From: a virus
Taxonomy: Duplodnaviria > Caudoviricetes
IMG/VR virus record: IMGVR_UViG_3300030620_000009
Coordinates: 1-50,670 of that record
DNA length: 50,670 nucleotides
Strand: one strand, 5' to 3'
The notes beneath the pieces were generated by a model. It was not told the origin of the DNA. It was given only the letters and a program-made list of their open reading frames with translations, and searched no databases. A program made the position numbers and the translations under genes. The number at the start of each line of letters is the position of its first letter. Position 1 is the stretch's first letter. This document shows positions 35,497 to 44,048 of the stretch, in pieces.

Positions 35497-35888
35497 AGTT
35501 CCTTGGTCAGCTCCTCCACATCTTGTGGCGTGAGTCGTGACAAACGCTGTGCAACGTCATAGACCCGCTCGAGCGCCGTAGCGGACTTCTGACCAAGAGC
35601 TGGAACGTCCTTCTCGGTGAACAGCAGCTTACCTCCGGGCTTGTCCACTAGACTCTGTGCAACAAGCTTGGCCCGGAAGTTGGTAACGTTGGTCTCCAAC
35701 TTTCTCCCCCTCTGAATAACCAACGACCCCTCGAAGGCATCGCGAGCTGTACCTGTCAGCCCCTGGACAATGACTGTTCCACCCCACTCAGGAACATGAA
35801 CCTGTTCCCAGGGCAGAACTGGATTGCCTTCGGCATCCAGTTCGGCCTTGAGGATCTCATCACGTGAAAGGATGTGCGGCGTTTCCAT
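35412..35888 (-). CDS. tail assembly chaperone (gpG-like)
   Basis: LSRDEIL, VPEWGG, LTGTARDAFE, LVD..GK.LFT; SD AAGGAG. Confidence 0.88.
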   Translation of the reverse strand: METPHILSRDEILKAELDAEGNPVLPWEQVHVPEWGGTVIVQGLTGTARDAFEGSLVIQRGRKLETNVTNFRAKLVAQSLVDKPGGKLLFTEKDVPALGQKSATALERVYDVAQRLSRLTPQDVEELTKELGEDQSDDSGSDLHLLSGNQTSPDSSDE

Positions 35889-35904
35889 CCCAGTAACTCC
35901 TTTA

Positions 35905-36342
35905 CTACGGCTGCGCCTGCAGAACAGGCGGTCCACTGACCTTGATCGTGACGGCGGCATTGAGTACACCCGCCACCGGGGCCGTCTGGTCGAATCCGAC
36001 CACGTACCCCGAGAAGGCCCACATCTGATCATCGGCGTCGTTGAGAAGGAGCCGGAAGTTCCGAAGAGTTCGGTCGTTCAGGTCCTTCAGGAGACCCGTC
36101 GTCTGATCGAGCGTCGGGTCTGTTGGGTTGAAGTTGCAGTCGAAGGTCACATTCCCCGACCGGCGGATTGACGGAATGACCTCCTCATAGCCGCCTGCCG
36201 ACGACTGGTTGGTGACGTCAATGACGTCTAGCTTGATCTCCGGTCCACGAATGTCCTTGACCTCGGCCACCGTGGTGAAGACCTCGGGGCCACCCCCATC
36301 TCCAACCTGGAGCAGGAAGCCCGGACCGCTAGCTCGGCTCAT
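35905..36342 (-). CDS. major tail (tube) protein
   Basis: GDGGGPEVFTTVAEV, IDVT, GNVTFDCNF, IKVSGPP. Confidence 0.9.
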   Translation of the reverse strand: MSRASGPGFLLQVGDGGGPEVFTTVAEVKDIRGPEIKLDVIDVTNQSSAGGYEEVIPSIRRSGNVTFDCNFNPTDPTLDQTTGLLKDLNDRTLRNFRLLLNDADDQMWAFSGYVVGFDQTAPVAGVLNAAVTIKVSGPPVLQAQP

Positions 36343-36370
36343 GAATACTGTACCTCCTTCAGATCCCTAC

Positions 36371-36742
36371 CTACGGCAACTTCAGAACAGCGAACTCGAC
36401 CTCTGCGTTGTCCGCCTCGAAGTAGATCTTCCCAGCATCGGGCGCTCCAGTTCTGCGGAAACCAGCTGTCGGGTAGGGGCCAAAGAATGCGATCTCGCCG
36501 GCCCCAACGGAGTAGCCTGTGACATCACCTGACCGACCATTGACTGGGACGGATGTGATGGTCACAGTATGTGGAGTAGCACCAACGTTCCAGGCGAGAA
36601 TCACCTCCTTACCTGTGCAGTCAGTCATCTCATCGTTGGTTGTGTCCGCCGCCACGAACGCGAGGTCGAGCGAGTCGGCCGGCGGCTGCAGCGCTGGATA
36701 AGCCAACTGCAGCGCCTCAGGAGCATGATTTACACGAGGCAT
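36371..36742 (-). CDS. conserved structural protein upstream of tail tube
   Basis: position; NVGATPHTVTI, VGAGEIAFFGP. Confidence 0.6.
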   Translation of the reverse strand: MPRVNHAPEALQLAYPALQPPADSLDLAFVAADTTNDEMTDCTGKEVILAWNVGATPHTVTITSVPVNGRSGDVTGYSVGAGEIAFFGPYPTAGFRRTGAPDAGKIYFEADNAEVEFAVLKLP

Positions 36743-36745
36743 GTG

Positions 36746-37039
36746 CTAGACTCCTTCAAGCCATGAGCTTGGGTGCAACTTCCCAATGTGGTCGTCGATC
36801 TCGAACTGCCCCTCAGCCGCAGTGCGCTTCACGACCCGATGAGCACACTGAGGGCACTTGAACAATGGGAGATCATGCCAGGTTCCAACCTGGTAAAGTG
36901 CTTGCTCCTCAGGCTCAACAGCTGGCACCACCTCCTCAACGGGTACTTCTTCCTCCTCAGGTTCGGGCTGAGGTTCAGGCTCGGCCTGTGGATGATCAGG
37001 CTGAAAGTCAAACGTTGTCGTAACTACTTCTTCGGTCAT
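36746..37039 (-). CDS. acidic protein with C-terminal CxxC...H...H
   Basis: coupled ORF; FKCPQC...HIGKLH. Confidence 0.55.
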   Translation of the reverse strand: MTEEVVTTTFDFQPDHPQAEPEPQPEPEEEEVPVEEVVPAVEPEEQALYQVGTWHDLPLFKCPQCAHRVVKRTAAEGQFEIDDHIGKLHPSSWLEGV

Positions 37040-37410
37040 GTTGCCTCCTCAGCATCTGTCCAGGCCAATGTCTCCAGGCGACGCCGGAACAAACCTGTTT
37101 CTTCCTCCTGGTGGTCCATCTCTTCATCGACCCACCCATTGAAGGATGTACCAGATGCCTTGGCAATTGCAACAGCCAAGGCGACTGCGTCATCGTAGAC
37201 AAGTGCCCAGCAGTCCCACCTATAACGCGGCCGCGTCATCTTCGCCCCCTGCTGTGTCAGCACACGGGGAGAGCTGATGAGTCTGTAAGTGGCCGCCGGG
37301 AGAGTAGGATTGGCTGGCAATCGCAGTGGGTAGATTCGGTCCCCTGCGATTGATGCAACCGCAGAGTTGCCCATAATCTCGGATGCAAGCGTCGCTTCAA
37401 AGATGGTCAT
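37036..37410 (-). CDS. tail terminator/completion protein (DUF3168-like)
   Basis: GDRIYPLRLP, LPAATY..IS, DCWA. Confidence 0.8.
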   Translation of the reverse strand: MTIFEATLASEIMGNSAVASIAGDRIYPLRLPANPTLPAATYRLISSPRVLTQQGAKMTRPRYRWDCWALVYDDAVALAVAIAKASGTSFNGWVDEEMDHQEEETGLFRRRLETLAWTDAEEAT

Positions 37411-37838
37411 CTTGCGATGGCCTCCACGATCAGGGCGTCGAGCTTGGCAACAGCCAGTTCGATGGCGTTGGGGACTCCTTCATCGAACGCTGGCTGTGCT
37501 GAGGGTCGAGCTGCCATTGTAGAGGTCCCGAATTCGAGTGCCTCTGGGTAAGGAAACCCATCGGGACTTACGGCATCTGTGAGGATGTCAAGCGCCGCAA
37601 TTCCGAATTCGTCGATGTCTCCACGTTCCACACGGATGCTGCCGTGATATCGTCCTGTGGAATGTGGATGACCCGAACCAGGCTGAGGCACCTTCTCCTT
37701 CCACTTGCGCGCGATGAGTTCAGCTCCAGGAATTAGGGCTTCGGTGATGCGCTCGGACTCGACAACGTCGATGAGCCTGTCGATCCTCAGGTCAAGCGCA
37801 TCGACGCCTTGCCATGATGCGGTAAGTCGAAGGGTCAC
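37407..37838 (-). CDS. HK97 gp10-like neck protein
   Basis: TGRYHGSI, LEFGTSTMAARPSAQPAFD. Confidence 0.85.
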   Translation of the reverse strand: MTLRLTASWQGVDALDLRIDRLIDVVESERITEALIPGAELIARKWKEKVPQPGSGHPHSTGRYHGSIRVERGDIDEFGIAALDILTDAVSPDGFPYPEALEFGTSTMAARPSAQPAFDEGVPNAIELAVAKLDALIVEAIAR

Positions 37839-38257
37839 TTGAACCCCTCCGACCCTGGTGTAATGACACGTCCAGTGAAGGTTGTCATCACTCCGGCACT
37901 GTCAGACACCACACCACTGATGTCGATTGCCTGACCGTCTGACATCAAGGCGCGCATGTCAGGGCGGACGTTGGGGTAGTGCCCATTCAGGATGACAACG
38001 TATGTGTCGGTCGCAGCAATGATATCGGCTGTGCTCATCTCCCTGCCTTGCCGTTGTGCTGACTCTGGCACTCCTCGGCGGCATGGAACGTTTACGAGCC
38101 CTACTACATCCGTCCAAGCAGCCGGACTAGTAAACCCACCGCTGGGTGTTCGGCTTGAACCGTCGTTCCGCCTCTGGAGGGTAACCTTCATGGGGAAGAA
38201 CCCACGACTTTCCAGATTCTTGATGAGCCTTGGGTGGACCAGAGAGCCACGCCGCAT
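37835..38257 (-). CDS. head closure (stopper) protein
   Basis: position and size; VTLQR, VILNGHYPNV. Confidence 0.6.
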   Translation of the reverse strand: MRRGSLVHPRLIKNLESRGFFPMKVTLQRRNDGSSRTPSGGFTSPAAWTDVVGLVNVPCRRGVPESAQRQGREMSTADIIAATDTYVVILNGHYPNVRPDMRALMSDGQAIDISGVVSDSAGVMTTFTGRVITPGSEGFK

Positions 38258-38988
38258 CAGACTAGCTCCCTCTGGACCTGCTTGAGAAGGCGCTCACGGT
38301 ACGTGAAGTCGTTGAAGACGTGCTCAGCCCAGTCGAACAGTTCCTCGCTGGTCATGTTCTCAACCGCGCGCTCACGGTAACTCTTGGCCAGGGCGATCAA
38401 CTGCTCAGCCTGTCGAGGGCCATCGGTCCAAAGGTCGAGGATCTTGATCCGCTTCTGAACGTAGATCTCACTCGCCGCAATGACTTCCAGTCCCTGAGCG
38501 GCCGCATAGAAGATGTTTCCACCGTTCAGGTCGAGGAAAGCCTGGATCTCATCGTCTGTGAAGATCCACTCCCCACGAACGTCTGTATCCTGAGCAAGGA
38601 GACGAACCTTACCCTGGTCTGTTGCCGGATCGTATGTCTGGGGCGCTGGCTCGTGCCCAAGTGCACGGACGACACGGACGAACAACGTCCCGTAGGCAAG
38701 AGGACGCTGGTCGCCTGTTGTTGCCCATAGAGACCAGTCAAGGGTTGCTGAGGCCGTAATTCCGTCCGTGTCGGTTGGAATGAGCGCAACTTCTGCCAGA
38801 CCTTGGGGACCGTTCGTTACCGTTGCAGTCTTGGTGATGTGGGGTACTGAATCTCTAACTGACAGCCACGCCCGGAACTCGAGATCCACGCCGGTAATGT
38901 CGATAGGATTGCCGTCTACATCCAAGACCGGTCCGATGGCGAACGTCTCATCTGCGCCGGCGAACATCTCGAGGGCTTGCTCAGCCAT
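38257..38988 (-). CDS. BppU-like domain fused to head-tail adaptor
   Basis: N-term GNPIDITG...QG...LIPTDT...GTLFV; C-term KVRLLAQDTD...FTDDEIQAFL...AAAQGLEVIA. Confidence 0.65.
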   Translation of the reverse strand: MAEQALEMFAGADETFAIGPVLDVDGNPIDITGVDLEFRAWLSVRDSVPHITKTATVTNGPQGLAEVALIPTDTDGITASATLDWSLWATTGDQRPLAYGTLFVRVVRALGHEPAPQTYDPATDQGKVRLLAQDTDVRGEWIFTDDEIQAFLDLNGGNIFYAAAQGLEVIAASEIYVQKRIKILDLWTDGPRQAEQLIALAKSYRERAVENMTSEELFDWAEHVFNDFTYRERLLKQVQRELV

Positions 38989-41051
38989 TACTTGACCTCC
39001 GCCGTTTCACGACTGCCAGATACAACAGGTGCATTGTAGGGTTGTCCAACAATACCTGCGCTCCAAGGGGTTCCAACAACAGCCGCGGTTGCATCGTCTG
39101 GCACCTTCTTAGCCCCAGCCAGCACTGTTGTAGTCATCGCCATTAGGACTGCAACAGCGCCTGAACGTCCCGTCGGCCCAGCTTGAACAGTCGGATCAGT
39201 TACACCACCAGCAGCTGCTGATCCTTCAGCAGCCTTAGCCGCGTTGACTGGTGGTAGCGCAAGTAGACCTGCAAGTGCAGATCCACGCGCATGCTTGTTG
39301 CCGCTGCTGACTGGAACAAGAACTTCTTCTGCACGTGTTCGACTGGCTACAAGCTCAAGGGATGCAGATGTTGGTAGTCCTGACAGTCCTGCAAGGTTGC
39401 TGCCTACACCAGTCTTAGTACCTGCATTACTCGGTGTCGCTGCAATACCTGCATTACTGCTACCAACAGCTCCCTTCGCCGCGTGGCTAGTTGTCTGACC
39501 AACGAGTCCTGCAGTCCCTACACCACTCTTTGCGGTAGAGGCTTGAGCCGCTACAGCTCCAACTACACCACCAAGCGCCCGCCCGACTGCATGCTTGGTG
39601 CCTGCAGCTTCAGCAGTGAAGACGAGGCCAGCCCCACTCTCGCCACCTACGATCTCAGCAGTAGCTGCTGTTGGAAGGGTTACAAGACCCGCTTCGCTCT
39701 CGCCGGTTGCAGCCTTAGCTCCTGCATCAGTCGGAGCACCGGAAAGGCCACCTTCACCTGACCCAGCTGCGCTCTTAGCCCCGCTAGAGGTGGGCTGGTT
39801 AGCCAGCCCACCTAGAGCAACACCAGATGCAGCCCTTGCTCCACTGGATGTTGGAGCAGTAGCTAACCCAGTGAGTGCCTCCGCCTGAACGACCTGTATA
39901 CCAGGGGCGGTTGGAACGACAACAAGGCCTGAGAGATCTGTACCTGAAGTAGACTTGAAGCCACTGCCTAGCGGTTGGCTAACCAGGCCGGCGAGATCAG
40001 AGCCGGAGGTAGATCTTACACCTGAGGAGGCTGTAGCGCCGGCTACACCAGTAAGGCCACTACCGGCTCGACTTGTTGTCCCACTCAGTGAGGTTGGAGT
40101 AGGTGCAAGACTAGCTGCACTCGATCCGGCTCGTGCAGTCGGCCCGATCAGGGACGAGGGGCCTGCAGTCAGCCCTCCTAACGCATGACCAACTGCCTGC
40201 TTGATGCCCGGTGAGGTTGGATTGGAGCTGATGCCTGCTAGGGCTAATCCTTCACCGACCTCAGGGATTGTGCCAACAGCTGTTGGGCCCGAGGCAATGC
40301 CGGCCAGGTCTGCACCTGTTACACTCTTCTGGCCAAGGGCTGTCGGAGTGCTGCTGATGCCTGCCGAGCCTGCTCCACCACGAGCGGAGGTCGCAGCCGC
40401 TGTTGACGCTCCAACGACACCTGCCAAAGTACGTTCAAATGCCTGCTTCTTACCGGGTGCAGTAGGTGCACCAACGACTCCCGCCAGATCGGAACCGGTA
40501 GCAGATTCGGCTCCAACCCAAGGACCCTCTATGTAGGTCGCGGTGGTCCCGAGGTCGAGGGTGGTGTTCTGGTTCTGATGCTGATTGCCGTTGACGATGT
40601 TTAGAACAAAGGCGAAGCGATCAGTGGCGCTTCCTGCTGCGGGGTTCCAGGTTCTCGTCGCCGTCTTGAGCCCGGTGCCGCTATTTGAGTCCCAGGTGAC
40701 CTGCGACCCGACCGTATTGCGCTCACTGGTAGCGAGGTCGCTCGACAGGGCGTGGAACGCTGAGTTCGCCCCCATGGCGCAGTCGGAGCCCGTCGCATTG
40801 ACGCTGATAACGGCGCGGTAGGTCCCGGCCGGCCAGTCGTCACTGTTGGGCTCATTGGCCGGGACGGCCCAGGCAAAGCGCGCTGCATCGGTCGCCTTGA
40901 CGTTCGTTACGGTATCCGTTGCCGAGGTCAGCGCCCCGCTATCGAGCAGCGCCTGGTTCTCGATGTCGGCGGTGACAGCCCCAATGGCGAGTGCGACGCT
41001 ATCGAGATAGTAGGTCTTGGTCACGTCAGCGGACCCACTCCGTCCAGACAC
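38988..41051 (-). CDS. fibre-like protein with about 22 tandem 20-21 aa repeats
   Basis: repeat consensus GxxLAG(L/V)xxxPTxxGxK after a ~180-aa beta-rich N-terminal domain. Confidence 0.7.
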   Translation of the reverse strand: MSGRSGSADVTKTYYLDSVALAIGAVTADIENQALLDSGALTSATDTVTNVKATDAARFAWAVPANEPNSDDWPAGTYRAVISVNATGSDCAMGANSAFHALSSDLATSERNTVGSQVTWDSNSGTGLKTATRTWNPAAGSATDRFAFVLNIVNGNQHQNQNTTLDLGTTATYIEGPWVGAESATGSDLAGVVGAPTAPGKKQAFERTLAGVVGASTAAATSARGGAGSAGISSTPTALGQKSVTGADLAGIASGPTAVGTIPEVGEGLALAGISSNPTSPGIKQAVGHALGGLTAGPSSLIGPTARAGSSAASLAPTPTSLSGTTSRAGSGLTGVAGATASSGVRSTSGSDLAGLVSQPLGSGFKSTSGTDLSGLVVVPTAPGIQVVQAEALTGLATAPTSSGARAASGVALGGLANQPTSSGAKSAAGSGEGGLSGAPTDAGAKAATGESEAGLVTLPTAATAEIVGGESGAGLVFTAEAAGTKHAVGRALGGVVGAVAAQASTAKSGVGTAGLVGQTTSHAAKGAVGSSNAGIAATPSNAGTKTGVGSNLAGLSGLPTSASLELVASRTRAEEVLVPVSSGNKHARGSALAGLLALPPVNAAKAAEGSAAAGGVTDPTVQAGPTGRSGAVAVLMAMTTTVLAGAKKVPDDATAAVVGTPWSAGIVGQPYNAPVVSGSRETAEVK

Positions 41052-41550
41052 GGACCGACTGGCGTGCGACGTGCTCGGACAACTTCTCGTCCGTCACCCA
41101 CACGCCATGCCGGGCATTCGGCGGCGCGACAAACTCGATCCGCGGATGCGTGACATGCAGCCCGCCCGAGGTAGAACCCAGGATTGGTTCATCGTGCCAG
41201 AACTCGACGGTCTGACGTGTGTTTACCTGTCCGCCGTAACGCAGATCGGGGGCGGGATCGAGGAAGGTCCAGCGAGACGCGACGTAAGGGGTTGGAGCTG
41301 GGTCGTCGGGGTCATCATCCCAGACGGTGACGCGGCAGCCGCCCGGAATGTCCTCGACGCTGTAGTGGTCGTGCCCGCTGAACACGACACCCTGCACGTC
41401 GAGTGCGAGGATCCAGCCCGGCGCGTCGTCGGCGCCACCGAACTCGCCGGACGCTGGAACTGGACGCGTCGACAGGCTCGGCCAATCAGCCGAGTCGATC
41501 TCCTCCCAGTCGAGAGGGTTCAGGCGCGTCCACTGGACAAGGATCTTCAT
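41026..41550 (-). CDS. hypothetical Trp/Asp-rich protein
   Basis: in-operon ORF, GC-richer than neighbours. Confidence 0.55.
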   Translation of the reverse strand: MKILVQWTRLNPLDWEEIDSADWPSLSTRPVPASGEFGGADDAPGWILALDVQGVVFSGHDHYSVEDIPGGCRVTVWDDDPDDPAPTPYVASRWTFLDPAPDLRYGGQVNTRQTVEFWHDEPILGSTSGGLHVTHPRIEFVAPPNARHGVWVTDEKLSEHVARQSVRVWTEWVR

Positions 41551-41561
41551 CTCAAGCCGGA

Positions 41562-42176
41562 TTACGCTCCGACGAGCGGGATGTCGAGGTCTGCGACCTG
41601 ATAGGTGCCCTGCCCAGCGAAGACTTCCGGGGTGATCTTGTGAACCAGCCCACCACCATCGGAGGTCAGTGTGATTGCTGCACCACCCTGCGTTGCACTC
41701 ACCTGGAAGGTGTCACCAGACACGCCGACGACCCAGTAGATCGTTCCTTCGGTGATGCCAGTCGGAAGAACCGACCCTGCACCGAGGTCCCAGAAGACAA
41801 CACGGTCGTCGTTGGAGTAACCGTGTGCGTCGCAGGTAAAGAGATCACCTGTGTCAGCAGCGGTGAACGGCTTCGGCGAGTCTGCGACTGCCTGAAGAGG
41901 CCACATACCACGGAAGACACCGGCAGTAACTGCCGACCACGAACCAACGAAGGCTACGGTTGCGCCCGCCGGAATATCAAAGGTCTCGGCACCCGAGATG
42001 GACACACTTCCTGCGGCAGCAGCTCCCCACGCCACAGCCTGCCGTGCGTAGGCAGGTGCACCGCCAGTAAGCTCGTTCCCACCTGCGTTGTCATACGCAG
42101 AATGAAGTGAAAGGTGGGACATCAACGCCACCATAGCGTCGAGTCCTGTGTTCTTGACCAGATCGGTAACAGGCAC
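41562..42176 (-). CDS. virion fibre-associated protein
   Basis: LSLHSA...NELTGGAPAYARQAVAW...FDIPAG motif typical of small phage fibre proteins; SD AGGAGG. Confidence 0.65.
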   Translation of the reverse strand: MPVTDLVKNTGLDAMVALMSHLSLHSAYDNAGGNELTGGAPAYARQAVAWGAAAAGSVSISGAETFDIPAGATVAFVGSWSAVTAGVFRGMWPLQAVADSPKPFTAADTGDLFTCDAHGYSNDDRVVFWDLGAGSVLPTGITEGTIYWVVGVSGDTFQVSATQGGAAITLTSDGGGLVHKITPEVFAGQGTYQVADLDIPLVGA

Positions 42177-42207
42177 CGGTGATTCCTCCTGCCTCTATTG
42201 TGAATTG

Positions 42208-42284
42208 ACCTTGTGGAGACCCCAACCCGTCTCTAAGGACACGCCGCGATCCTCGAGCGTGCAGGGTTAGAGTCTCCACGAGGT
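42208..42284 (-). ncRNA. structured intergenic RNA element after capsid genes
   Basis: 16-bp stem GTGGAGACTCTAACCC/GGGTTGGGGTCTCCAC with two G-U pairs on minus strand, enclosing an inner hairpin. Confidence 0.5.
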
Positions 42285-42318
42285 GGCCCAAACTACGGCG
42301 TACATCTGGGCCATCACG

Positions 42319-42504
42319 TTACGTCTCGATGAGGTTCGCCGTCCGCAGAGCAGCGAGGAGCTCGTCGATCTTGTCGCTGATGGCCTGAACCTGCGCCTCA
42401 GTCGGCGGATCTGAGATGTCCTGATCCAGGTTAGCTACAGCAGCAGCCTGGCTGAGATCCCTGATAGCCGTCGGCCAAGCCGCGCTACTGTACTCTCCAC
42501 CCAT
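42319..42504 (-). CDS. small head-fibre-like trimerisation protein
   Basis: QAAAVANL...KIDELLAALRTANLI. Confidence 0.6.
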   Translation of the reverse strand: MGGEYSSAAWPTAIRDLSQAAAVANLDQDISDPPTEAQVQAISDKIDELLAALRTANLIET

Positions 42505-43685
42505 CAGACTGCTCCGGTACCCTTAGAGGCAACTGCCATCTTCGGGTCAACCTGCGTTCCGCCGTAGACGTGCCGCAGCTTGTACTCGAGGGAGTCGGTG
42601 TCGAAGTCACCGTCCATCGGGTTGATCTCTCCACCACCACCGATCCGAAGGGCGTTCGGCGACTTCATGAACATCTCCGGGGTCTCATGCCCCCGAAGCT
42701 TGGCCATGATCAACGCCGGGCGTGTCGAACCGGTACTTGCGAACAGGAACCACGCGGTGTTACCCGACGTGGTGTTGATGATCGGGAGGTACCAGTTGAC
42801 GGCGAGGCGGGTTCGCCGCCGCATCCAGTTGGCCACGTGCAGCTGCTGGTCACTCAGGCCACCGTTTGTGTTCAGCCACAGCTCGGTTGCATTGAGGATG
42901 TTCTCCGCAACGACCTCGAGTGCTGGCGGAACAACCAGCTCGACCATCTCGATGACGATTGGCTCGCCATCGACATCGACCTGCTTCGACAGGACAATGA
43001 AGGCCTGCTGCAACGCATCGATCGTCAACGCGGGGTTGTCCGTCGATGCACCGTTGGCGATGTTGACCAGGTTCTTGTTGGTGTTGGAGAAGAACGTGCT
43101 GTCCGGACCCGTTGAGGTCACAAACAGTCCGGTCCCGAACTTCTCCTCTGAACGGCGGGCCGCTCGACCAAGGCGCTCCGGGATGTCCTTCAACGCATCC
43201 AGGTCATCGTTGATCATGGTCTCCCATGAGAACGGAATGACCCGGCCGTACTTGGACACCGAATAGACGTACTGCCCTTCGGACAGTGCCTCCATCGGGT
43301 ACTCTTCCCGCTGACCGACAGGAGAGAGTGTGGACTCCGCTCCATCGACGGTGAAGAGCTTGGCCTGTCGGAAGTCTCGAACCGTCCTCATGGTGATGTA
43401 GTTGTCGATCGTGCTTGGCGTCTCGGCATACTTGCCGAGAAGCTGCCGATCGAGAATGTCACCAAAGAGGAGCGGGAAGTCGGACGTCGTCATCGCCTCG
43501 CGAAGGAAGATCGCGTGCCGTCGACCTTCATACACATCTGCGATGAATTCCGCTGCCTCCCGAAGACGGGTCAAGTACTGCGGGTCGGGGTCTCGGCGAC
43601 CAAGCCTGAGCCCTTCCGTTCCAAAGAGCCTCTGTGGAGAAGCCTCAAAGGACCGGAGGGTCTCAACAAGCTGGAGAAACTCCAT
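42504..43685 (-). CDS. major capsid protein (HK97 fold, Mu gpT-like)
   Basis: TTSDFPLLF, VRDFR, KYGR...SWETMINDDL, LVVPPALE, FDTDSLEYKLRH. Confidence 0.92.
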   Translation of the reverse strand: MEFLQLVETLRSFEASPQRLFGTEGLRLGRRDPDPQYLTRLREAAEFIADVYEGRRHAIFLREAMTTSDFPLLFGDILDRQLLGKYAETPSTIDNYITMRTVRDFRQAKLFTVDGAESTLSPVGQREEYPMEALSEGQYVYSVSKYGRVIPFSWETMINDDLDALKDIPERLGRAARRSEEKFGTGLFVTSTGPDSTFFSNTNKNLVNIANGASTDNPALTIDALQQAFIVLSKQVDVDGEPIVIEMVELVVPPALEVVAENILNATELWLNTNGGLSDQQLHVANWMRRRTRLAVNWYLPIINTTSGNTAWFLFASTGSTRPALIMAKLRGHETPEMFMKSPNALRIGGGGEINPMDGDFDTDSLEYKLRHVYGGTQVDPKMAVASKGTGAV

Positions 43686-43697
43686 GTCTCGGCCTCC

Positions 43698-44048
43698 TCA
43701 GTACCCGATCACGACTTCGATCGTGCCCGTTCCAGCGGATGCAACTGATCCGTTGGCGTAGCCAAATCGAACGCCTGTGTCTTTCTTGTTGATCTTCGGT
43801 GTGTCTGCGTTGGTGAAGTAGAGAATGTCACCAGGAGCAACTGCCGAGTTGCCGACCTGATCAACACCACCCACTGCCAGCTTGTAGACACCACCGAAAT
43901 CCATGGTGCACAGCCCATCACCACCAAGGTCATCCTCTGCGACACCGGGCCGCTGGCCAATTCGTCCAGGTGCTCCCGAGGTCGCAGCCCCCTCTGTCGG
44001 CGTCACCCGAAGGTGACGTCCGTTCTCACGGGACTGGTTTGTTGCCAT
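43698..44048 (-). CDS. capsid cement/decoration protein (DUF2190-like)
   Basis: MATN..., SGAP..IG..GVA, GVYKL, GDILY, FGYA. Confidence 0.8.
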   Translation of the reverse strand: MATNQSRENGRHLRVTPTEGAATSGAPGRIGQRPGVAEDDLGGDGLCTMDFGGVYKLAVGGVDQVGNSAVAPGDILYFTNADTPKINKKDTGVRFGYANGSVASAGTGTIEVVIGY

